A stretch of 64,000 bases of DNA from the human T2T-CHM13v2.0 reference genome, Homo sapiens: assembly GCF_009914755.1 (NCBI RefSeq), contig NC_060925.1. One strand, given 5' to 3'. Positions 28,701 to 42,293 of the stretch are shown here, piece after piece. A model generated the notes under the pieces. The model searched no databases, had not been told where the DNA came from, and saw nothing but the letters and a program-made list of their open reading frames with translations. The position numbers and the translations under genes are program-made. Each line of letters begins with the position of its first letter. Position 1 is the first letter of the stretch.

Positions 28701-31700
28701 ATGGAATCGAATGGAATCAACATCAAACGGAAAAAAACGGAATTATCGAATGGAATCGAAGAGAATCATCGAATGGACCCGAATGGAATCATCTAATGGA
28801 ATGGAATGGAATAATCCATGGACTCGAATGCAATCATCATCGAATGGAATCAAATGGAATCATCGAATGGACTCGAATGGAATAATCATTGAACGGAATC
28901 GAATGGAATCATCATCGGATGGAAATGAATGGAATCATCATCGAATGGAATCGAATAGAATTATGGAATGAAATCCAGTGTGATCATCATCGAATGGACC
29001 CGAATGGAATCATCATCCAACGGATGCTAATGGAATCAACATCGAATGAATCAAATGGAAACACCATCGAATTGAAACGAATGGAATTACCATGAAATTG
29101 AAATGGATGGACTCATCATCGAATGGATTCGAAAGGAATCATCGAATAAAATTGATTGAAATCATCATCGAATGGAATCGAATGGTATCATTGAATGGAA
29201 TCGAATGGAATCATCATCAGATGGAAATGAATGGAATCGTCATAGAATGGAATCGAATGGATTCATTGAATGGAATCAGATGGAATCATCGAATGGACTG
29301 GAATGGAATCATTGAATGGACTCGAAAGAGATCATGATTGAATGGAATTGAATGGAATCATCGAATGGTCTCGATTGGAATCATTATCAAATGGAATCGA
29401 ATGGAATCACCGAATAGAATCGAATGGAACAATCATCGAATGGACTCAAATGGAATTATCCTCCAATGGAATCGAATGGAATTATCGAATGCAATCGAAT
29501 GGAATTATCGAATGCAATCGAATAGAATCATCGAATGGACTCGAATGGAATCATCGAATGGAATGGAATGGAACAGTCAATGAACTCGAATGGAATCATC
29601 ATTGAATGGAATCGAATGGAATCATCGAGTGGAATCGAATGGAATTATGATCAAATGGAATCGAATGTAATCATCATCAAATGGAATCAAAAATAACCAT
29701 CATCAATTGGTATTGAATGGAATTGTCATCAAATGGAATTCAAAGGAAACATCATCAAATGGAACCGAATGGAATCCTCATTGAATGGAAATGAAAGGGG
29801 TCATCATCTAATGGAATCGCATGGAATCATCATCAAATGGAATCGAATGGAATCATCATGAAATGGAATCTAATGGAATCATTGAACAGAATTGAATGGA
29901 ATCGTCATCGAATGAATTGAATGCAATCATCGAATGGTCTCGAATGGAACCATCTTCTAATGGAAAGGAATGGAATCATCGCATAGAATCGAATGGAATT
30001 ATCATCGAATGGAATCGAATGGTATCAACACCAAACGGAAAAAAACGGAATTATCGAATGGAATCGAAGAGAATCTTCGAACGGACCCGAATGGAATCAT
30101 CTAATGGAATGGAATGGAATAATCCATGGACTCGAATGCAATGATCATCGAATGGAATCGAATGGAATCATCGAATGGACTCGAATGAAATAATCATTGA
30201 ACGGAATCGAATGGAATCATCATCGGATGGAAATGAAAGGAGTCATCATCTAATGGAATTGCATGGAATCATCATAAAATGGAATCGAATGGAATCAACA
30301 TCAAATGGAATCAAATGGAATCATTGAACGGAATTGAATGGAATCGTCATCGAATGAATTGAATGCAATCATCGAATGGTCTCGAATGGAATCATCTTCA
30401 AATGGAATGGAATGGAATCATCGCATAGAATCGAATGGAATTATCATCGAATGGAATCGAATGGAATCAACATCAAACGGAAAAAAACGGAATTATCGAA
30501 TGGAATCGAAGAGAATCATCGAATGGACCCGAATGGAATCATCTAATGGAATGGAATGGAATAATCCATGGACTCGAATGCAATCATCATCGAATGGAAT
30601 CGAATGGAATCATCCAATGGACTCGAATGGAATAATCATTGAACGGAATCGAATGGAATCATCATCGGATGGAAATGAATGGAATCATCATCGAATGGAA
30701 TCGAATAGAATTATGGAATGAAATCCAGTGTGATCATCATCGAATGGACCCGAATGGAATCATCATCCAACGGATGCTAATGGAATCAACATCGAATGAA
30801 TCAAATGGAAACACCATCGAATTGAAACGAATGGAATTACCATGAAATTGAAATGGATGGACTCATCATCGAATGGATTCGAAAGGAATCATCGAATAAA
30901 ATTGATTGAAATCATCATCGAATGGAATCGAATGGTATCATTGAATGGAATCGAATGGAATCATCATCAGATGGAAATGAATGGAATCGTCATAGAATGG
31001 AATCGAATGGATTCATTGAATGGAATCAGATAGAATCATCGAATGGACTGGAATGGAATCATTGAATGGACTCGAAAGAGATCATGATTGAATGGAATTG
31101 AATGGAATCATCGAATGGTCTCGATTGGAATCATTATCAAATGGAATCGAATGGAATCACCGAATAGAATCGAATGGAACAATCATCGAATGGACTCAAA
31201 TGGAATTATCCTCCAATGGAATCGAATGGAATTATCGAATGCAATCGAATGGAATTATCGAATGCAATCGAATAGAATCATCGAATGGACTCGAATGGAA
31301 TCATCGAATGGAATGGAATGGAACAGTCAATGAACTCGAATGGAATCATCATTGAATGGAATCGAATGGAATCATCGAGTGGAATCGAATGGAATTATGA
31401 TCAAATGGAATCGAATGTAATCATCATCAAATGGAATCAAAAATAACCATCATCAATTGGTATTGAATGGAATTGTCATCAAATGGAATTCAAAGGAAAC
31501 ATCATCAAATGGAACCGAATGGAATCCTCATTGAATGGAAATGAAAGGGGTCATCATCTAATGGAATCGCATGGAATCATCATCAAATGGAATCGAATGG
31601 AATCATCATCAAATGGAATCTAATGGAATCATTGAACAGAATTGAATGGAATCGTCATCGAATGAATTGAATGCAATCATCGAATGGTCTCGAATGGAAC

Positions 31701-34700
31701 CATCTTCTAATGGAAAGGAATGGAATCATCGCATAGAATCGAATGGAATTATCATCGAATGGAATCGAATGGTATCAACACCAAACGGAAAAAAACGGAA
31801 TTATCGAATGGAATCGAAGAGAATCTTCGAACGGACCCGAATGGAATCATCTAATGGAATGGAATGGAATAATCCATGGACTCGAATGCAATGATCATCG
31901 AATGGAATCGAATGGAATCATCGAATGGACTCGAATGAAATAATCATTGAACGGAATCGAATGGAATCATCATCGGATGGAAATGAAAGGAGTCATCATC
32001 TAATGGAATTGCATGGAATCATCATAAAATGGAATCGAATGGAATCAACATCAAATGGAATCAAATGGAATCATTGAACGGAATTGAATGGAATCGTCAT
32101 CGAATGAATTGAATGCAATCATCGAATGGTCTCGAATGGAATCATCTTCAAATGGAATGGAATGGAATCATCGCATAGAATCGAATGGAATTATCATCGA
32201 ATGGAATCGAATGGAATCAACATCAAACGGAAAAAAACGGAATTATCGAATGGAATCGAAGAGAATCATCGAATGGACCCGAATGGAATCATCTAATGGA
32301 ATGGAATGGAATAATCCATGGACTCGAATGCAATCATCATCGAATGGAATCGAATGGAATCATCCAATGGACTCGAATGGAATAATCATTGAACGGAATC
32401 GAATGGAATCATCATCGGATGGAAATGAATGGAATCATCATCGAATGGAATCGAATAGAATTATGGAATGAAATCCAGTGTGATCATCATCGAATGGACC
32501 CGAATGGAATCATCATCCAACGGATGCTAATGGAATCAACATCGAATGAATCAAATGGAAACACCATCGAATTGAAACGAATGGAATTACCATGAAATTG
32601 AAATGGATGGACTCATCATCGAATGGATTCGAAAGGAATCATCGAATAAAATTGATTGAAATCATCATCGAATGGAATCGAATGGTATCATTGAATGGAA
32701 TCGAATGGAATCATCATCAGATGGAAATGAATGGAATCGTCATAGAATGGAATCGAATGGATTCATTGAATGGAATCAGATGGAATCATCGAATGGACTG
32801 GAATGGAATCATTGAATGGACTCGAAAGAGATCATGATTGAATGGAATTGAATGGAATCATCGAATGGTCTCGATTGGAATCATTATCAAATGGAATCGA
32901 ATGGAATCACCGAATAGAATCGAATGGAACAATCATCGAATGGACTCAAATGGAATTATCCTCCAATGGAATCGAATGGAATTATCGAATGCAATCGAAT
33001 GGAATTATCGAATGCAAACGAATAGAATCATCGAATGGACTCGAATGGAATCATCGAATGGAATGGAATGGAACAGTCAATGAACTCGAATGGAATCATC
33101 ATTGAATGGAATCGAATGGAATCATCGAGTGGAATCGAATGGAATTATGATCAAATGGAATCGAATGTAATCATCATCAAATGGAATCAAAAATAACCAT
33201 CATCAATTGGTATTGAATGGAATTGTCATCAAATGGAATTCAAAGGAAACATCATCAAATGGAACCGAATGGAATCCTCATTGAATGGAAATGAAAGGGG
33301 TCATCATCTAATGGAATCGCATGGAATCATCATCAAATGGAATCGAATGGAATCATCATGAAATGGAATCTAATGGAATCATTGAACAGAATTGAATGGA
33401 ATCGTCATCGAATGAATTGAATGCAATCATCGAATGGTCTCGAATGGAACCATCTTCTAATGGAAAGGAATGGAATCATCGCATAGAATCGAATGGAATT
33501 ATCATCGAATGGAATCGAATGGTATCAACACCAAACGGAAAAAAACGGAATTATCGAATGGAATCGAAGAGAATCTTCGAACGGACCCGAATGGAATCAT
33601 CTAATGGAATGGAATGGAATAATCCATGGACTCGAATGCAATCATCATCGAATGGAATCGAATGGAATCATCGAATGGACTCGAATGGAATAATCATTGA
33701 ACGGAATCGAATGGAATCATCATCGGATGGAAACGAATGGAATCATCATCGAATGGAAATGAAAGGAGTCATCATCTAATGGAATTGCATGGAATCATCA
33801 TAAAATGGAATCGAATGGAATCAACATCAAATGGAATCAAATGGAATCATTGAACGGAATTGAATGGAATCGTCATCGAATGAATTGAATGCAATCATCG
33901 AATGGTCTCGAATGGAATCATCTTCAAATGGAATGGAATGGAATCATCGCATAGAATCGAATGAAATTATCATCGAATGGAATCGAATGGAATCAACATC
34001 AAACGGAAAAAAACGGAATTATCGAATGGAATCGAAGAGAATCATCGAATGGACCCGAATGGAATCATCTAATGGAATGGAATGGAATAATCCATGGACT
34101 CGAATGCAATCATCATCGAATGGAATCGAATGGAATCATCGAATGGACTCGAATGGAATAATCATTGAACGGAATCGAATGGAATCATCATCGGATGGAA
34201 ATGAAAGGAGTCATCATCTAATGGAATTGCATGGAATCATCATAAAATGGAATCGAATGGAATCAACATCAAATGGAATCAAATGGAATCATTGAACGGA
34301 ATTGAATGGAATCGTCATCGAATGAATTGAATGCAATCATCGAATGGTCTCGAATGGAATCATCTTCAAATGGAATGGAATGGAATCATCGCATAGAATC
34401 GAATGGAATTATCATCGAATGGAATCGAATGGAATCAACATCAAACGGAAAAAAACGGAATTCTCGAATGGAATCGAAGAGAATCATCGAATGGACCCGA
34501 ATGGAATCATCTAATGGAATGGAATGGAATAATCCATGGACTCGAATGCAATCATCATCGAATGGAATCAAATGGAATCATCGAATGGACTCGAATGGAA
34601 TAATCATTGAACGGAATCGAATGGAATCATCATCGGATGGAAATGAATGGAATCATCATCGAATGGAATCGAATAGAATTATGGAATGAAATCCAGTGTG

Positions 34701-37680
34701 ATCATCATCGAATGGACCCGAATGGAATCATCATCCAACGGATGCTAATGGAATCAACATCGAATGAATCAAATGGAAACACCATCGAATTGAAACGAAT
34801 GGAATTACCATGAAATTGAAATGGATGGACTCATCATCGAATGGATTCGAAAGGAATCATCGAATAAAATTGATTGAAATCATCATCGAATGGAATCGAA
34901 TGGTATCATTGAATGGAATCGAATGGAATCATCATCAGATGGAAATGAATGGAATCGTCATAGAATGGAATCGAATGGATTCATTGAATGGAATCAGATG
35001 GAATCATCGAATGGACTGGAATGGAATCATTGAATGGACTCGAAAGAGATCATGATTGAATGGAATTGAATGGAATCATCGAATGGTCTCGATTGGAATC
35101 ATTATCAAATGGAATCGAATGGAATCACCGAATAGAATCGAATGGAACAATCATCGAATGGACTCAAATGGAATTATCCTCCAATGGAATCGAATGGAAT
35201 TATCGAATGCAATCGAATGGAATTATCGAATGCAATCGAATAGAATCATCGAATGGACTCGAATGGAATCATCGAATGGAATGGAATGGAACAGTCAATG
35301 AACTCGAATGGAATCATCATTGAATGGAATCGAATGGAATCATCGAGTGGAATCGAATGGAATTATGATCAAATGGAATCGAATGTAATCATCATCAAAT
35401 GGAATCAAAAATAACCATCATCAATTGGTATTGAATGGAATTGTCATCAAATGGAATTCAAAGGAAACATCATCAAATGGAACCGAATGGAATCCTCATT
35501 GAATGGAAATGAAAGGGGTCATCATCTAATGGAATCGCATGGAATCATCATCAAATGGAATCGAATGGAATCATCATCAAATGGAATCTAATGGAATCAT
35601 TGAACAGAATTGAATGGAATCGTCATCGAATGAATTGAATGCAATCATCGAATGGTCTCGAATGGAACCATCTTCTAATGGAAAGGAATGGAATCATCGC
35701 ATAGAATCGAATGGAATTATCATCGAATGGAATCGAATGGTATCAACACCAAACGGAAAAAAACGGAATTATCGAATGGAATCGAAGAGAATCTTCGAAC
35801 GGACCCGAATGGAATCATCTAATGGAATGGAATGGAATAATCCATGGACTCGAATGCAATCATCATCGAATGGAATCGAATGGAATCATCGAATGGACTC
35901 GAATGGAATAATCATTGAACGGAATCGAATGGAATCATCATCGGATGGAAACGAATGGAATCATCATCGAATGGAAATGAAAGGAGTCATCATCTAATGG
36001 AATTGCATGGAATCATCATAAAATGGAATCGAATGGAATCAACATCAAATGGAATCAAATGGAATCATTGAACGGAATTGAATGGAATCGTCATCGAATG
36101 AATTGAATGCAATCATCGAATGGTCTCGAATGGAATCATCTTCAAATGGAATGGAATGGAATCATCGCATAGAATTGAATGAAATTATCATCGAATGGAA
36201 TCGAATGGAATCAACATCAAACGGAAAAAAACGGAATTATCGAATGGAATCGAAGAGAATCATCGAATGGACCCGAATGGAATCATCTAATGGAATGGAA
36301 TGGAATAATCCATGGACTCGAATGCAATCATCATCGAATGGAATCGAATGGAATCATCGAATGGACTCGAATGGAATAATCATTGAACGGAATCGAATGG
36401 AATCATCATCGGATGGAAATGAAAGGAGTCATCATCTAATGGAATTGCATGGAATCATCATAAAATGGAATCGAATGGAATCAACATCAAATGGAATCAA
36501 ATGGAATCATTGAACGGAATTGAATGGAATCGTCATCGAATGAATTGAATGCAATCATCGAATGGTCTCGAATGGAATCATCTTCAAATGGAATGGAATG
36601 GAATCATCGCATAGAATCGAATGGAATTATCATCGAATGGAATCGAATGGAATCAACATCAAACGGAAAAAAACGGAATTATCGAATGGAATCGAAGAGA
36701 ATCATCGAATGGACCCGAATGGAATCATCTAATGGAATGGAATGGAATAATCCATGGACTCGAATGCAATCATCATCGAATGGAATCAAATGGAATTATC
36801 GAATGGACTCGAATGGAATAATCATTGAACGGAATCGAATGGAATCATCATCGGATGGAAATGAATGGAATCATCATCGAATGGAATCGAATAGAATTAT
36901 GGAATGAAATCCAGTGTGATCATCATCGAATGGACCCGAATGGAATCATCATCCAACGGATGCTAATGGAATCAACATCGAATGAATCAAATGGAAACAC
37001 CATCGAATTGAAACGAATGGAATTACCATGAAATTGAAATGGATGGACTCATCATCGAATGGATTCGAAAGGAATCATCGAATAAAATTGATTGAAATCA
37101 TCATCAAATGGAATCGAATGGTATCATTGAATGGAATCGAATGGAATCATCATCAGATGGAAATGAATGGAATCGTCATAGAATGGAATCGAATGGATTC
37201 ATTGAATGGAATCAGATGGAATCATCGAATGGACTGGAATGGAATCATTGAATGGACTCGAAAGAGATCATGATTGAATGGAATTGAATGGAATCATCGA
37301 ATGGTCTCGATTGGAATCATTATCAAATGGAATCGAATGGAATCACCGAATAGAATCGAATGGAACAATCATCGAATGGACTCAAATGGAATTATCCTCC
37401 AATGGAATCGAATGGAATTATCGAATGAAATCGAATGGAATTATCGAATGCAATCGAATAGAATCATCGAATGGACTCGAATGGAATCATCGAATGGAAT
37501 GGAATGGAACAGTCAATGAACTCGAATGGAATCATCATTGAATGGAATCGAATGGAATCATCGAGTGGAATCGAATGGAATTATGATCAAATGGAATCGA
37601 ATGTAATCATCATCAAATGGAATCAAAAATAACCATCATCAATTGGTATTGAATGGAATTGTCATCAAATGGAATTCAAA

Positions 37681-40600
37681 GGAATCATCATCAAATGGAA
37701 CCGAATGGAAGCCTCATTGAATGGAAATGAAAGGGGTCATCATCTAATGGAATTGCATGGAATCATCATCAAATGGAATCGAATGGAATCATCATCAAAT
37801 GGAATCTAATGGAATCATTGAACAGAATTGAATGGAATCGTCATCGAATGAATTGAATGCAATCATCGAATGGTCTCGAATGGAATCATCTTCTAATGGA
37901 AAGGAATGGAATCATCGCATAGAATCGAATGGAATTATCATCGAATGGAATCGAATGGTATCAACACCAAACGGAAAAAAACGGAATTATCGAATGGAAT
38001 CGAAGAGAATCTTCGAACGGACCCGAATGGAATCATCTAATGGAATGGAACGGAATAATCCATGGACTCGAATGCAATCATCACCGAATGGAATCGAATG
38101 GAATCATCGAATGGACTCGAATGGAATAATCATTGAACGGAATCGAATGGAATCATCATCGGATGGAAACGAATGGAATCATCATCCAATGGAAATGAAA
38201 GGAGTCATCATCTAATGGAATTGCATGGAATCATCATAAAATGGAATCGAATGGAATCAACATCAAATGGAATCAAATGGAATCATTGAACGGAATTGAA
38301 TGGAATCGTCATCGAATGAATTGAATGCAATCATCGAATGGTCTAGAATTGAATCATCTTCAAATGGAATGGAATGGAATCATCGCATAGAATCGAATGG
38401 AAGTATCATCGAATGGAATCGAATGGAATCAACATCAAACGGAAAAAAACGGAATTATCGAATGGAATCGAAGAGAATCATCGAATGGACCCGAATGGAA
38501 TCATCTAATGGAATGGAATGGAATAATCCATGCACTCGAATGCAATCATCATCGAATGGAATCGAATGGAATCATCGAATGGACTCGAATGGAATAATCA
38601 TTGAACGGAATCGAATGGAATCATCATCGGATGGAAATGAATGGAATCATCATCGAATGGAATCGAATAGAATTATGGAATGAAATCCAGTGTGATCATC
38701 ATCGAATGGACCCGAATGGAATCATCATCCAACTGAAGCTAATGGAATCAACATCGAATGAATCGAATGGAAACACCATCGAATTGAAACGAATGGAATT
38801 ATCATGAAATTGAAATGGATGGACTCATCATCGAATGGATTCGAATGGAATCATCGAATAAAATTGATTGAAATCATCATCCAATGGAATCGAATGGTAT
38901 CATTGAATGGAATCGAATGGAATCATCATCAGATGGAAATGAATGGAATCGTCATAGAATGGAATCGAATGGATTCATTGAATGGAATCAGATGGAATCA
39001 TCGAATGGACTGGAATGGAATCATTGAATGGACTCGAAAGGGATCATGATTGAATGGAATTGAATGGAATCATCGAATGGTCTCGATTGGAATCATTAAC
39101 AAATGGAATCGAATGGAATCACCGAATAGAATCGAATGGAACAATCATCGAATGGACTCAAATGGAATTATCCTCCAATGGAATCGAATGGAATTATCGA
39201 ATGCAATCGAATGGAATTATCGAATGCAATCGAATAGAATCATCGAATGGACTCGAATGGAATCATCGAATGGAATGGAATGGAACAGTCAAGGAACTCG
39301 AATGGAATCATCATTGAATGGAATCGAATGGAATCATCGAGTGGAATCGAATGGAAATATGATCAAATGGAATCGAATATAATCATCATCAAATGGAATC
39401 AAAAATAACCATCATTAATTGGTATTGAATGGAATTCTCATCAAATGGAATTCAAAGGAATCATCATCAAATGGAACTGAATGGAATCCTCATTGAATGG
39501 AAATGAAAGGGGTCATCATCTAATGGAATCGCATGGAATCATCATCAAATGGAATCGAATGGAATCATCATCAAATGGAATCTGATGGAATCATTGAACA
39601 GAATTGAATGGAATCGTCATCGAATGAATTGAATGCAATCATCGAATGGTCTCGAATGTAATCACATTCTAATGGAAAGGAATGGAATCATCGCATAGAA
39701 TCGAATGGAATTAACATTGAATGGACTCGAATGGAATCAACATCAAATGAAATCAAGCGGAATTATCGAATGAAATCGAAGAGAATCATCGAATGGACTC
39801 GAATGGAATCATCTAATGGAATGGAATGGAATAATCCACGGACTCGAATGCAATCATCATTGTATAGAATCGAATGGAATCATCGAATGGACTCGAATGG
39901 AATAACCATTGAACGGAATAGAATGGAATCATCATCGGAAGGAAACGAATGGAATCATCATCGAATGGAAATGTAAGGAGTCATCATCTAATGGAATTGC
40001 ATGGAATCATCATAAAATGGAATCGAATGGAATCATCATCAAATGGAATCAAATGGAATCATTGAACGGAATTGAATGGAATCGTCATCGAATGAATTGA
40101 ATGCAATCATCGAATGGTCTCGAATGGAATCATCTTCAAATGGAATGGAATGGAATCATCGCATAGAATCGAATGGAATTATCATCGAATGGAATCGAAT
40201 GGTATCAACATCAAACGGAAAAAAACGGAATTATCGAATGGAATCGAAGAGAATCTTCGAACGGACCCGAAAGGAATCATCTAATGGAATGGAATGGAAT
40301 AATCCACGGACTCGAATGCAATCATCATCGAATGGAATCGAATGGAATCATTGAATGGACTCGAATGGAATAATCATTGAACGGAATCGAATGGAATCAT
40401 CATCGGATGGAAATGAATGGAATCATCATCGAATGGAATCGAATAGAATTATGGAATGAAATCCAGTGTGATCATCATCGAATGGACCCGAATGGAATCA
40501 TCATCCAACGGAAGCTAATGGAATCAACATCGAATGAATCGAATGGAAACACCATCGAATTGAAACGAATGGAATTATCATGAAATTGAAATGGATGGAC

Positions 40601-42030
40601 TCATCATCGAATGGATTCGAATGGAATCATCGAATAAAATTGATTGAAATCATCATCGAATGGAATCGAATGGTATCATTGAATGGAATCGAATGGAATC
40701 GTCATCAGATGGAAATGAATGGAATCCTCATAGAATGGAATCGAATGGATTCATTGAATAGAATCAGATGGAATCATCGAATGGACTGGAATGGAATCAT
40801 TGAATGGACTCGAAAGGGATCATTATTGAATGGAATTGAATGGAATCATCGAATGCTCTCGATTGGAATCATTATCAAATGGAATCGAATGGAATCACCG
40901 AATAGAATCGAATGGAACAATCATCGAATGGACTCAAATGGAATTATCCTCCAATGGAATCGAATGGAATTATCGAATGCAATCGAATGGAATTATCGAA
41001 TGCAATCGAATAGAATCATCGAAAGGACTCGAATGGAATCATCGAATGGAATGGAATGGAACAGTCAATGAACTCGAATGGAATCATCATTGAATGGAAT
41101 CGAATGGAATCATCGAGTGGAATCGAATGGAATTATGATCAAATGGAATCGAATGTAATCATCATCAAATGGAATCAAAAATAACCATCATCAATTGGTA
41201 TTGAATGGAATTGTCATCAAATGGAATTCAAAGGAATCATCATCAAATGGAACCGAATGGAAGCCTCATTGAATGGAAATGAAAGGGGTCATCATCTAAT
41301 GGAATCGCATGGAATCATCATCAAATGGAATCGAATGGAATCATCATCAAATGGAATCTAATGGAATCATTGAACAGAATTGAATGGAATCGTCATCGAA
41401 TGAATTGAATGCAATCATCGAATGGTCTCGAATGGAATCATCTTCTAATGGAAAGGAATGGAATCATCGCATACAATCGAATGGAATTATCATCGAATGG
41501 AATCGAATGGTATCAACACCAAACGGAAAAAAACGGAATTATCGAATGGAATCGAAGAGAATCTTCGAACGGACCCGAATGGAATCATCTAATGGAATGG
41601 AACGGAATAATCCATGGACTCGAATGCAATCATCATCGAATGGAATCGAATGGAATCATCGAATGGACTCGAATGGAATAATCATTGAACGGAATCGAAT
41701 GGAATCATCATCGGATGGAAACGAATGGAATCATCATACAATGGAAATGAAAGGAGTCATCATCTAATGGAAATGCATGGAATCATCATAAGATGGAATC
41801 GAATGGAATCAACATCAAATGGAATCAAATGGAATAATTGAACGGAAATGAATGGAATCGTCATCGAATGAATTGAATGCAATCATCGAATGGTCTAGAA
41901 TTGAATCATCTTCAAATGGAATGGAATGGAATCATCGCATAGAATCGAATGGAAGTATCATCGAATGGAATCGAATGGAATCAACATCAAACGGAAAAAA
42001 ACGGAATTATCGAATGGAATCGAAGAGAAT
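37681..42030 (+). repeat. Island of the diverged 1,776-bp family (3,552-bp dimer) within the 2,218-bp domain
   Basis: Spacings are 1776 and 1776. Marks revert to cggaagct/ctgaagct, gaaagggatc, aagcctc, tctagaattg and aatcaagcgg, as at 1-3.2 kb and 11-14.5 kb. Boundaries are approximate. Confidence 0.85.
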
Positions 42031-42293
42031 CTTCGAACGGACCCGAATGGAATCATCTAATGGAATGGAATGGAATAATCCATGGACTCGAATGCAATCA
42101 TCATCGAATGGAATCGAATGGAATCATCGAATGGACTCGAATGGAATAATCATTGAACGGAATCGAATGGAATCATCATCGGATGGAAATGAAAGGAGTC
42201 ATCATCTAATGGAATTGCATGGAATCATCATAAAATGGAATCGAATGGAATCAACATCAAATGGAATCAAATGGAATCATTGAACGGAATTGA

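Larger units (their letters stand above)
15280..37680 (+). repeat. Homogeneous 2,218-bp (L+A+B) higher-order repeat domain 1, including two 1,750-bp units
   Basis: Landmark spacings are 2218 x6, 1750 x2, 2218 x2. Most units share the derived marks cggatgct, cgaaagagatc, aaggaaacatc and ggaaccatc. Confidence 0.9.
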
